Below, piece by piece: positions 47,201 to 58,580 of a stretch of DNA of 64,000 bases. The first letter of the stretch is position 1. Each line of letters starts with the position of its first letter. Source of the DNA: Eutreptiella sp. 'Long Island Sound 2002' (lineage: Eukaryota; Protista; Euglenida); NCBI GenBank assembly GCA_964036045.1, contig OZ038378.1, positions 169,756,001-169,820,000 on the forward strand, given 5' to 3'. The notes under the pieces were generated by a model. That model saw only the letters and a list, made by a program, of their open reading frames with translations. It did no database searches and had not been told where the DNA came from. The position numbers and the translations under genes are program-made.

Positions 47201-49464
47201 TCACTTGCTTTCTGCGGTCTCTCCCTTCGCACAGCAGTCGACGCAGCCGGAAAAATTGCACAACCAACACTGCCATACATCCCGGCGGATCTTTCGGCAC
47301 ATATTACATCGGAACATCCTCCCCGACGGCAGAACTCTTTTGGCATTGAGGTAATACATGGGATGTTCGTGCACCGGAAACCGCTGCTGGGTCCCATACT
47401 CCACCGGACGCCCCGCGTCCGCCTCGGACCCATCCGCCTTCCCTTCGTCGGCGCCTTCATGTCTGCCCGAACCCTCCGAACCGCACGCCCTGTGCAGCAC
47501 CGCCGCCACCGTAGAGAAGCCGCCCTCCTCCGCTAGCCCCAGTGCAGTCTTGCCATCGTCACTCTTGCGGAGGGGATCGGCGTTGGCGTCCAGCAACGCC
47601 TTGACCAGGTCCAGGTACCCCCCCTCCGCCGCCCGCATCAGCACCGTCTCATTTTGATTGTTATCTTCGCTTGGGTTGGCCTTCGCCGCCAAGAGCGCCT
47701 GGACCATTTCCAAGTACCCGCCCCGCGCGGCCCAGAACAACGCAGTGCCCCCCTTCTCCGTGGCCTTGTTCGGATCGGCGTTCGCCCCCACAAGTGCCTT
47801 GACCATGGGCAACTTGAGCCCTTTGGCCGCCCGAACCAAAGCCGTGCCGTACTTTGGGATGTACGCCCCCATGTCCGCACCGTGGGCCAGGAGCACCGCG
47901 GCGACCTCTACATGTCCTGCCTCCGCCGCCTTCATGAGCGGGGTCCCCTGGCACTTCTCCGATCCGAGGCCCGCGTCCACTGGGACGTCCATCTGCAGCA
48001 GCGCCTCCACAAGATCGCGGTTGTCTTCTTCAGCGGCGTACGTCAAGGCACTTGCCCCGTCCTGCGGGTTGATGGCGGCGACATTGACCCCGGCGCGGAC
48101 AAGCAAGTCGAACACGGAGCCCGCATTCTTGTGCTGTGCCGTCAGCATCAGCGGAGTCAGCCCCTGGATTATGGAGTATGGCACGGGGACGATGACCCAC
48201 CGCCAGAGTGTCAAGACGGGATGGAGTGGCAGTCGAGAGAGGGGGACAGGTGGCAACTGGAGCGGAAGCCAGGAATCGTAGTGTAGAACGTCAGCGGAGG
48301 GCGAGAAAACCGCCACAGCGGAAAAGGGGGTTACAAGGAAAGAGCGTGGAGTGGCGATACAGGGTCACAGTGCAGAGTGACAGCCGATTGCACTGAGAGA
48401 GAGAAGCGCGAGCGTAGTGCCAGTGAGCGTGGCAGCAGAGAGTGCCTGCGCAGAGCGTCAGTGCACGGAGAACCATAACAGGAGAGAAGAGAGCTGTAGG
48501 GAGACAGCGGAATGGGCATTGCCGCGTGTCAGCCTACAGTTGTGGAGCGATGGACGTGTGCCAGTGTGTAAGCGACAGGAGAGAGTGGCGGCATCGAGTG
48601 GCAGTGCGGCGTGTCAGTATAAAAAACAGCGCAGAAACTGACAGCACCAAATGACAGGTGAGGGCAACAATAACTCCCCCTTGCCTTCAGAGCAGTCTGC
48701 CAAAACAAAAAAAAACGGGGGACATTTCCCGGGAGGCGGTTCATTTCCCAAGGGGACGGTTCAGTGCCTGTTGCCTCACCGTCACACACACAAATGGGCA
48801 GTGGAAGAGACACCGCAGGAAGAATCAGCCGCAGAGGACGAGGTGAGCAGTACGGATGGTGAACGGCGGCTGCCCTACAGCTCCCGGACAGACCTTAGTG
48901 TTCATGATCTCCAGGTCCGACTTGGGAGAGAATGTCACTAAGTGACGAATGGCACGGCACAGGCACTCGGAGAACCGCTTGGTGCTCTCGATCAGCGTGT
49001 GCAACGGAGTGTTACCCTTTTTGTCCAAGATCGCCAGGTTCGTCAGCGGCGAGGCTACGAAGAGGCCGGGCACGTCAGGGTAGTGCAGCGCGCCGCGGCA
49101 CGCCAGGTGAAACACGCTCTCCCCGGTGTTCTCGTTGGCGGGGATGCGGATGGCCTTCTCCAGCGTGGCGTCCGCGTGCTCCTCTAAGAACGCAGCCACC
49201 AGCGGGAGGGCAACCCGCTCCACAGGGGTCATGGCGCACAGCAGCCCTCCACAGGTCAGTAGCTCTACTTCGGTCAGCTCGTACACCGTCACGCCCTCTA
49301 AGGATAAGCCCATTGCCTGTGACAAGAGCTTCATGGAGCCCCCGGACATTCTGCCGGCAACGCGGAATTGTGAGTTTACGTTGAACAGTACCTGAGGATG
49401 CGAAGGGCGTCCCAGCAGGGGGCACCGCTTGCTCATTGCCATGGATACGGGGCAGCGTTCTGGC

Positions 49465-49526
<62 letters not shown>

Positions 49527-50794
49527 CTCCGGAATCCGTCACTGCAGCAATTTACAACAAAAAAGTGTACAAACTAAATCGTCCCTGCCCCTTTTTTCTG
49601 GGGCTCGAACGCCCATCCTCCCGAAAATGAAATTTTCAGTTGCCCGTATTGTTGAAGCACCAAACATCATTCTTGGAAAAGGCGCTGATCATACTCTTGA
49701 CGGTCGGTTGCAGTGCACCCAACATACGCATCAGATCTTCGTGCACCGGACCACCCCCTTGTACCCCAGGGATAATGTATTGGGGCAAATACCTCGTCCT
49801 CGGCCTGAATAGCTGAGTACATATCGATGGGCCGGCCAGACACACAACTGATGATGAAGAGCGTGGCGGGCTGGACCTGGCTGTCGACCTCCGTGCGCTT
49901 ACGACCGAGGAAGTCGCGCGCGACCCGCACGTTAGTGGAGCTGCTGGAGAAGGCTCGCCAGGTGACGATGTTTCCAGGGATGTACAGGGACTCATCCACC
50001 GCGACGTCGATGCCGCGGTATGCGGACCCGGTGTACGCAGGGATGGCGTCCAGCGCATGCTGCAGGTACTGGGCATACAGTCCCCAGTCACCGATATCCC
50101 CAGCGCCCGTGCGGAGGAAGTAGTTGATGTACCGGTAAATCGGGGTCTCCTGCGTGTAGATGTGGATGGATAACACCTGCTCTTCAGACGGAGGCGAGTC
50201 ATCACAGCTACGGTGCATGTCACCGCGCTCCTTCACAAACGCCTTGGCCAATGCCAGGACGCTCTCAGTGGTGGGCACGGCAGGGTATTCTGTGGGCCCC
50301 GGCTGGTCTGGGTGCTCCGCCTGCCAGTGGTCAGAGAGGGAGTCGCTGATAACTCTGCTGCAGTGGGGGCAGTGGATGAATGTCATCCCTTCCCACGTGG
50401 GCAGCGGGACGGCTCGCAGGAAGGCCCCTAGGGTCAGGCCCCGCAGAAGCGGCATGGCACTGTCCGCGATGAGGTTGGCTTTCCTGAAGTCGACTTGCAG
50501 CAGCCCATCCTGAGCGCGGGCCACTTGTAGTTTGTTGGCGTGTTGGTGTCCAGCGCCTCCGCGGGGGGATCCCACCGGCGATGCCACGGCGTTGGACGTG
50601 AGGAGCTCGATGGCCGCGGCCACTGCCGCTGGGCGGGCGGTGATGGAGGCCTTTGCCAGCTCAAGACAGCGACCGGGGTCGTCAGGCCGATGCTTCAGCA
50701 GGCATTGCAGGAAGGACTCCACCTTCTGGGCGATGGAGTGCTGCTCGAGGTAGTGCAGCAACTCAGCCTGATCCGTGTCCAAGCTTGGCATCAT
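47201..50794 (-). CDS. Toxin-type (R-S-E) mono-ADP-ribosyltransferase fused to an N-terminal Dpy-30/RIIa-like docking domain, a C2H2-like finger, 9 ankyrin repeats and a C-terminal C1/DC1-like zinc finger (~820 aa)
   Basis: Three phase-0 exons: 50794-49793, 49391-48894, 48163-47201 (GAG|GTATTT..CCTCAG|GTA; AAG|GTCTGT..ATCCAG|GGG). ART motifs are IYTQE..YRYIN..LR, AYRG (R), FSSSST (S) and AEDE|VLF (E-x-E, completed only by splicing). EIMNTK|GLTPLMLTA is a spliced ankyrin junction. C-terminus is HEHPM..CNMC..CWLC.F..CVDC. Start may be upstream (ATG at 50986, or a further exon). Confidence 0.88.
49464..49527. repeat. (AAC)n microsatellite, ~21 units, in intron 1 of the ART-ankyrin gene
   Basis: Directly visible; it produces the poly-L/V/N/T ORF artefacts. 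Confidence 0.95.
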
Positions 50795-52709
50795 GCGATG
50801 GACCTCTGGATTTGGGAGAGTCCGGGATGCCAGACAACAGGATGCATAACGTAACGCCTCTGTGCGACACTGCATCTGGTCTTCGTGCCATCTACGCCGC
50901 ATCACCGACACACATCCCTCCTGGCAACTTTCTGTCTTCCAATCGGGCCCTCGTGCATTGGCTTTATGCCTTTTCTTGTTTTCCATGTGCTTTAGATCAG
51001 GGTTTCGTCATCAGCGGCCACAACGCCTAAATCCCCAGCACCAGACCGAAAATGATGCCGCCGCTCCATTACCTCCAGCGACAACGGGGAAGACACACGC
51101 CGTCGTTTCTTCCGTTACCTCCACGGCCTGGCCTGAAATAGCACCTTACGGCCGCCGCCGCTGCCTGCCTTTTCTGTGACTCTGACTCTGGCATGGTTTG
51201 GTTTTTGTTCACTTGTTTTTGTTTGTTTGTTTGTTTGCTACTTCTGCTGCTGCCCTCTGTTTTTTTTCGGCGTTTTCTGCGGCTGTGTTGGTTGCTTTTT
51301 GTTGTTTGCTCATACTTGCCGCTGTTGGCAAGCTTTGTTGTGAGTGCTGCTCCTGCTGGTGGCACCCTTTATGCTTGCACTGCTGCTGCGGACACATGCG
51401 TTGGTGTCGGTCATGCTGTTGTTGGCCGGCTGCCATGGTGCTGCCTGCTGCCGCCTCCCTTTGCTGTCATCTACCGCCGATTGTGCCCATTGTACTGCTT
51501 GGTTGTAGCCATTTTTTATCCAGGTGTGCTCCTGCTTTTGGTCTGTGTTCGTCCTGTTTCTGTGCGTGGCGTGCAATGTCTTTCCGGCTGGGTTTGAAAA
51601 TTGACTTTGAAAAAGAAATTGAAAATGACAATGCACTCAAATGCTTCACTGCACTGCACTGCACTGCAGGCAGGTCCCTTGGGTGTCTGTATCAACATCC
51701 TTCAGCCCGTCTGTCTGTCAAACTATTCGTCTTTTTGCCTCTTTTTCTTCTGCAGGTCTGTTTGATTCAAGCTGACTCGGTAGAATTTGGTGTGCAAGTC
51801 TCCGGAACCAAAAAAGTGGTGAGGGGTGATGCATCTACATGGTCGCTCTCTTCTCCAGTTGCACCCCTACAACTTTTGCGGGGCCCAACATTGGATCTAT
51901 TCAATCCGCAGACCCATCAAGAACCTTGCATGGTGCTGGGCAACCAGGGATGGTATAATTCTCCTCAGGGTCACCTTAGCAAGATGTATTGACTCACTCC
52001 AACAGTGCCTCTGAAAGCGGACATCTCCATCCCCCAATTCAACACTGAGAACCCTCCATGGTCACATTTTCTCTCCCCTTGATCTTCCCAACATCTCCAC
52101 ACTGCTCTAGTTTTGCTTTGCCAAAAGCAAGCAATGCACGTACATGACCCCCCCACCCCCTTCCACGGCCTCTTGCGCAAGTACGGGCGAAATCAGGGAA
52201 ACCACTGTGTGACGGGGTCACCGTACTTGGACAGAGCCATTCTTGCGTGCAACCCATGGTACGGCACTGATGCACCAGCAGGGACTGAAACATGCAAAAT
52301 TTGTGGCCTCTGAACATATGGAATGCATCAGACTTGGTAGTGTGAAGCAAAACGTTGGTACGAGCAGAAGCGACTGTCACAGGCATGACCCAACCCCTCT
52401 TTCCCTCTACAAGGCACCTGTCACATCACATCGCATCCCGACAAAAAGCCGTTGCATCATCTGTGTCATGCTTAGCGCAGATTGCAGAGGACTGGTCTCC
52501 AGCAGCCATGCCAGAAGCTGTGCAGCCACTGCTGGAGGACGTTCCATGTCACACATGGTGTTCCAGCAGCAACATCAGGAGATGAGGAGATAGAGACAGC
52601 GTACTACCGACTGATCTAAAGGTGGATCTCAACTGAAGAAGCGTCAGTGGTCTCAGCCATGGAGTCCCCCACCCTCCACAATCCCCCGCTCTCTCCTACC
52701 GTCCAGTGG

Positions 52710-53251
52710 GGGAGCTCACGGTCGCAGGCGGTCGCAGGCAGTCGCAGGCGCTTGAGATGCCCCTTTTTGCTAAAAACCCCCTTTTAAGGGCTCCACACCA
52801 AGTGTAATACTATGGGTTGTGACCCCTCTACAAACATATTTTCTTGTGCTCTTTGCCATGAAAGTAGTTTTTACAACATTTTTATTTTAACCGAAAAACC
52901 CGTTTTTGTCCCCGAAGGTAACGGTTGCACAGGCTCAGTGACTGGTGACCATACCTCAGATCCAGTGGAAGTTAACAATGTGCGTGTTGAGCGTGCCAAG
53001 CGACGGTTCCCATGCCTCCAACCACTTGTGCTTACAAGGAGCCAACGAGCCATTGCCGATGCTGCTGTTTAGCGCAAGGGACAATTGCGATATGTCGGTC
53101 CGTCACTGACTTCGCACAATGCACATTGCATTGTAGGCAGGGAGGGACTACCGGTGGCGTGAGGTATGTGCTATGCCATTAGCTGCGAAGTGTACAAAAA
53201 TTATCTCCACGGCCGCAGGCAGTCGCAAGCGGTCGCAGGCGGTGAGCACCC
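52710..53251. mobile_element. 542-bp MITE-like element with short TIRs and a 7-bp target-site duplication
   Basis: CCAGTGG|GGGAGCTCAC ... GTGAGCACCC|CCAGTGG, with tandem 10-bp CRGTCGCARG motifs inside both ends in direct orientation. A 5-bp TSD reading is also possible. Confidence 0.72.
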
Positions 53252-54672
53252 CCAGTGGAATGTAGAGATGGAGGGGGAGGATATGATGACCAGTATAAAT
53301 GTGTGGCAGATGAATGCCAGCCACTGTGACGGTTGCTGGTCCGAGCATGTGACCGTTTCTGTATTTGTGCGACAATATGAGCCACACATCCATCTTGCTA
53401 CTTTGTGCATCCTTCGGTTCTGGCGGCTGGATACAGGGTATTGCTGGCTGCCTTTCAACAAATGACGAACTTGATTTAGCACATAAAGCACACAAATATT
53501 TGTTGGAGAGGTAGGGAGGGGTCACAGGGAGAGTCACCTCCTGTCTGCACGTCACCGGAGCTGGCTGCAGCTTCACTTGCCTTCACAGACCGAAGAGAGC
53601 ACGAAGCAAGCACCAACAGCTGCCAAGAAAAATTTGGCGTGCTGTGGCATAATACTGCACACTTCAAGCAGTTGGTGGGGATAGGCCACCTGCAAATGTC
53701 ACAGATGCACCAAAAACTTCCCAGCAGCCTGCAAGATATCGTGGAAATAATTCACAGATGAGCCTATTGTTCCTCCTTCTTTCCGCTTCTTGTCCATTCT
53801 GTCACAGTCATTATTCACATAGAAGCTTTCGTGTGTCAAAATGTGTACCTAGACTGAATGCCCTTTCCACATGCAATCCGAGGTCGGCAAACAAAAGACA
53901 CGGCAAGGGAGGGTGTCATAGCAAGTCAGAGTAAATGCTGCTTGAAGAAATTGTCAATTTTGTTGCACATCAATCTGTGTTGCTTGCGGCAGTTTGTGCA
54001 CTCAAAGTGTATGCTTGCGCCGCAGGCATGGAGTTCAAATACCAACTCCCTATCAATGCCACATGGAATGATGCCACCGCACCTGCAACACTTCATCTCT
54101 GCAGAGGATGACAACAATGATGTACATGTTCCTTGCTGATCAAAACCAAGCAACAACATGGAAAGCGATGGAAGGCTGCTGCACCTGACATTGGCCACCT
54201 GCCAGAGTGCCGCAGCTTGTGGCCCTGACTAGTTGAGTGCAGCTGGGGAACGGGTGCTTTGCTCAACAACCTGGCAATACCTAATGCAAGCTGCTGTTCT
54301 GGCGCATTTTCTGGCACATAGTGGGCCAGTAATGATGGTAGCGATTTGGGCAGTGGGGCAGAGACTCTCTGTTCACACTGTCAACTGAGGAAGCCTCTTG
54401 CTGTGCCTTTTGCGCTGCATACCTGCCGCTGCCACATGCTGCAGCGCCCCATCGCAACAGGCATTGCGCCCCGACCTTGGCCTCTGAGTTTTGTGCTGAC
54501 GATCACAAGATGTCGGCAGGCGGCTGGTTCCAGACAACGCGGTTCGGGCTTGGCCGTGAGGCACCCGTTCCCAAGCCCCGAACAGCAGCGTCCCGGGACT
54601 TGACGAATGTTGGGATCAGAGGCGATCATACGGCACGCCAGGAGTGTGAATTGAATCGCCCAATCTACAGGC

Positions 54673-55326
54673 CTAATCTGCCTTGCGCCAAACGGTTGCC
54701 AAGAAGGGCTGCTGATCCCGGGGTTTGCCCGGCGGCCGGTAAAACAGATCCATGAGCTCCAATCCCGCAGCGGTGCAGTATGCGCGCCAGGTTGCCTCAC
54801 TTAGCCAGCAGACATAGCTGCGGGTGCCAGCGGTCCGGCCCCCCGTCCATCCCTCCCGGTCCTCCCCGAAGCCGTGTGCATTGGACACAAACAGTATGCC
54901 GCCGGGGCGCAGCGCGGCGAGCACGTCGGGAAGACCAGCGGATGGCACGTGAAACAAGCATGCGTTGCAGAAAATCCCGTCAAACCTTTGAGGCGGCAGT
55001 TGCAGCTGCAGTAGGTCCTGCTGCCAAACCTCACAGCCTGACAACCGCCGGGCCATCTCACAGAACTGCCGCACGCCATCAAGGCCAATGGCGCGGTGCC
55101 CGCGCTGCGTGAATGTCACGAGGTCGCGCCCGGAAGCACAACACACGTCCAGAATGTCCAGCTTTCGCCCCGAACCCTGGGTCTCCAGAGGCTTGAGCAG
55201 CGCCTCAATGTTCTGGCTCACGTCGTGATTCATGTTCCCTGCAGCATAGCCCTCTGCGGCGGCCGCGTAGTCATCGATTGTTGCCTGGCTTGCTTGACGG
55301 CACTCTGCCACGGTTTGGGCGACCAT
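54673..55326 (-). CDS. Class I SAM-dependent methyltransferase, intronless, resembling a proteobacterial family
   Basis: ORF 54673..55440; likely start MVAQTV at 55326. Motifs: TIDDYAAAAEGYAAGNMNHDVSQN, ILDVCCASGRDL (motif I, degenerate), AIGLDG, QDLLQLQLP..FDGIFCNACLFHVP, LRPGGILF, FYRPPGKPRDQQPFLATVWRK. Confidence 0.85.
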   Translation of the reverse strand: MVAQTVAECRQASQATIDDYAAAAEGYAAGNMNHDVSQNIEALLKPLETQGSGRKLDILDVCCASGRDLVTFTQRGHRAIGLDGVRQFCEMARRLSGCEVWQQDLLQLQLPPQRFDGIFCNACLFHVPSAGLPDVLAALRPGGILFVSNAHGFGEDREGWTGGRTAGTRSYVCWLSEATWRAYCTAAGLELMDLFYRPPGKPRDQQPFLATVWRKAD

Positions 55327-56291
55327 TGGGGATGCGAGAAGAGGGGTGGGCCAATGGCTCACAAATTGAGAATTAAAGGTGACGGCACCAAAATAGGTAG
55401 GCGCAAGGGCTCTGCAAATGAAGAAGGAAAATGATGACAACTTGCCCGCAACAATTCACCATCATCCGTATTTGTAGCCTACATACCCGATCTACCTTCC
55501 TTCTCCATACTTCCTACAAAGAACAAATTAGCCTGCTTTGGAGGATGCCCCTCTACATTCGATCGTCGAAGGTGAAGGCCACAATTGCCCCGCCGGCCCC
55601 ACAAACATCTTCACAAGCACGCAACTTTTTGATTTGCTTCTGCATGCTTTTTGACCCCCTTTCCCCTCTGTCCCATAGCGTGGGTGGCTAAATATGACCA
55701 ACTTGCCGGGTTGGCAAAACTGGAACTCGCTGGCCATGTCGTTGATGGTGGCCAAACCTGCTAGTCACACAAAATTCTAATTGATTCTTACTTCTTCATC
55801 CTAATCCACTAAATGTTGTTACATGCAATAGAAAGGAAAACTCACAGACCGCCGTTTTTGAAAAGTCGTTAGCAAGCTAGTGCCACGGGGGCTAAACAAT
55901 GGAGCCAAAAAAATCTTCAGAGAACGTGATGAAGTGTGATGATGTGGCACATAGAACGTCGTTGATGACACAAGGCGGCACAGGCAAAAACAATACTGAT
56001 CACATAGCCATGAGCTAATTCAGATTCAACAACCAGTGAAGCGGCGGATAGAGCCGAGTCACCTCGCATGATGTGCAACAAATAAGGGAAAATTCGTCGG
56101 GAGTCTCGTGCGTGGCTTGCTACCCGTGGTGGTAGGTGGCTCACCACAAGTGGTTGGGTGGGTTGCAGGCCACACAAGAAGAAAGAACTCCACCTTCGTC
56201 GTTCATAATGTCTACGACCTCGCTCTAACGGATCACCAGTGCTTCATCTTTCCTCGGTTGTATTTCAAGAAACTTCTTAATCATTTCTTCT

Positions 56292-56900
56292 ACCGCCTGT
56301 GACCGCTTGCGACCGTGGAGATAATTTTTGTACACTTCGCAGCTAATGGCATAGCACATACCTCACGCCACCCGTAGTCCCTCCCTGCCTACAATGCAAT
56401 GTGCATTGTGCGAAGTCAGTGACGGACCGACATATCGCAATTGTCCCTTGCGCTAAACAGCAGCATCGGCAATGGCTCGTTGGCTCCTTGTAAGCACAAA
56501 TGGTTGGAGGCATGGAACCTTGGCCTTTCTTCGCTTGGCACGCTCAACACGCACATTGTTAACTTCCACTGGATCTGAGGTATGGTCACCAGTCACTGAG
56601 CCTGTGCAACCGTTACCTTCGGGGACAAAAACGGGTTTTTCGGTTAAAATAAAAATGTTGTAAAAACTACTTTCATGGCAAAGAGCACAAGAAAATATGT
56701 TTGTAGAGGGGTCACAACCCATAGAGCCATCGGAGATGAACATTGTGTGGACAACAGTTGCCGGGCCACAGCGAAGGTCCATTCCAAACCATCGATCGAT
56801 TATGTGAGAGAAAGGGTGGCATTTTAGTTGAGGTGTTTGAATTTTAGGGGGAGCTCACGGTCGCAAGCGGTCGCAGCAGTCGCAGGCGCTTGAGATGCCC
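56292..56900. repeat. Inverted partial copy (56292-56724) and separate left-end fragment (56847-56900) of the 52710-53251 element
   Basis: 56292-56724 is the reverse complement of ~52810-53243 with a few indels. 56847-56900 repeats GGGGGAGCTCACGGTCGCA..GCTTGAGATGCCC in plus orientation. Confidence 0.8.
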
Positions 56901-57667
56901 ACCTTGGAAACTTGCAAAGTCAACTACCATTAGCTGGATGAAAGTCTTGTGCTTGCGGAGGTGAATTCACTACTAAGGGAAGAAATTGCCTACAGAAGAA
57001 AAATGGCCGACAAAGCAATCGTGGGATGGGTTGTGGAGGATCATCGCCATAACTCTCGCTACAGTGCACCCAGTATTTTTCCACGTTTGGACAACCTTTT
57101 TTTCCTTCTTTGGTGCCGCAAATGCTGTTGCCAAACAAAACAACAACAGCGACAGCTGCAAACAAGCTCATTTTCGTGGAGCATCTGCAGCAGAAATGTG
57201 CAATTCAATTTTTTTGTCGAATTTCTTCATTTTGCGACAGACGTTGGCAGCTACCGGGGAGGTACACGTTTGCGCTTGCGCTGCAATCCGTGAGAGATCG
57301 TGCGACCTGCGATACTTACTGGTGCATTGCTGCATGGTAGCTACTTATTCTCAAGTCCGTCATGCCTTGCGTTTCCGACCTCTTTTGGCTGGCTTCGCAA
57401 AAAATCCTTTTTTCGTATTTTTTTGCGTAGCGCCAATATGGCGCCAATTTTCACACTACTGTAGAAATCAATCGAAATACAGATCCAGAATTTGGCAGCA
57501 CCGGTTTTCATTAAAAATACAGAAAAAAATTTACAGGAATTGAAATTCTGCCAATTAAAAAGTACAGAAATCCGATTTACAGAAAAGCTGTTCGGCGCTG
57601 CTGCCGGCACGGCTCCTGCGTGGATAAACCCAGGAATTATACAAATGATTTGCGCGCACCCTGCTGA

Positions 57668-57740
57668 GAGGGAGTACCCTAGCGGCCAACGCGCATGGGT
57701 ACGACTTGGCAACCATTGGTTCGACTCCTGGCACTTGCAC
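57668..57740 (+). other. tRNA-like/SINE-head relic
   Basis: D-arm-like GTACCCTAGCGGCCAACG followed by a perfect box B GGTTCGACTCC; no intact cloverleaf or anticodon arm. Confidence 0.3.
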
Positions 57741-58364
57741 GGGAAGGAGGGCTGCTATGCAATTTTTTTTTCCATTTTCAGCAGCGATCAGCGTGCGCAG
57801 CGGCCTAAGCAATCGCTGAGCACAGCGCAAGGGTATTAAAAATACATCTTGCGATGATGTCCAGCATTAAAAGATAAGGAAAACATCCCAGCAGTCCGGG
57901 CTACATTATTAAAAAATAAGGGAAAGGAAAAGAGGAAAGGCTTCTCAACGGAGTTATTATTCTCTATTTCGATTGATTCCTACAGTATGAAGACCAAGTC
58001 GGACATTGTCGCCACTGCTGCAATCCGTAAATCCAGTTGGCTGACTCGTTGTCAAGTTCCAAAGTGTGACCTCATTGAGTTACAGGAAATGAATTACACA
58101 GCTCGTAAAATTGAGGACACCTTGGAAATGTATTGGTGTTTGAGTAGGAATGACAAGAAGGTTACAGATTTTCGAAAGGAGATGCGGTGTGTTGAGGATG
58201 CTGGTCTTTATCTGGTGCTTGTGTCTTTTGCTACGGGGTTACACAGGTGCAGGAGGGAGTGTGGGGCCACCGACCTGTGCTGGAGGGAGGGAGCGAGGGG
58301 GGGGGGCTCTGGCCATTCCTATTCTCAACCGAAAATTCTCAAATTGTCGCATATTCTCTCCCCA

Positions 58365-58580
58365 CTGTAGAATTGGGGTTAAAGACGCTTATAATAATGG
58401 TCCAATTTTTTGACCCTTTTTTTACTCTGGGACCCTCGGGGCCCGTGTTTGTACCATTACCCCACTCCTGCACATTCGCAACTTTTAAAAATGTCTGACT
58501 ACAGCCATCGTGTCTCGCGACTCGGTAAATAATGGCCCCGAACAGGCCTCACGTCCGTGTCTTTAACCCCAATTCTACAG
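58365..58580. mobile_element. 216-bp MITE with 22-bp perfect TIRs
   Basis: CTGTAGAATTGGGGTTAAAGAC (58365-58386) and its reverse complement (58559-58580). Flanks are CA and TA, compatible with a mutated TA duplication of Tc1/mariner type. Confidence 0.75.

Noticed and set aside
49392-49542. Poly-Leu/Val/Asn/Thr ORF starts and an apparent signal peptide on the ankyrin ORF
   Set aside because: Artefacts of the intronic (AAC)n microsatellite.
51069-51992. Cys/Leu-rich ORFs upstream of the ART gene
   Set aside because: Low-complexity GCT/GTT-rich DNA with no domain motifs; an upstream exon near 51075-51135 could not be joined in phase.
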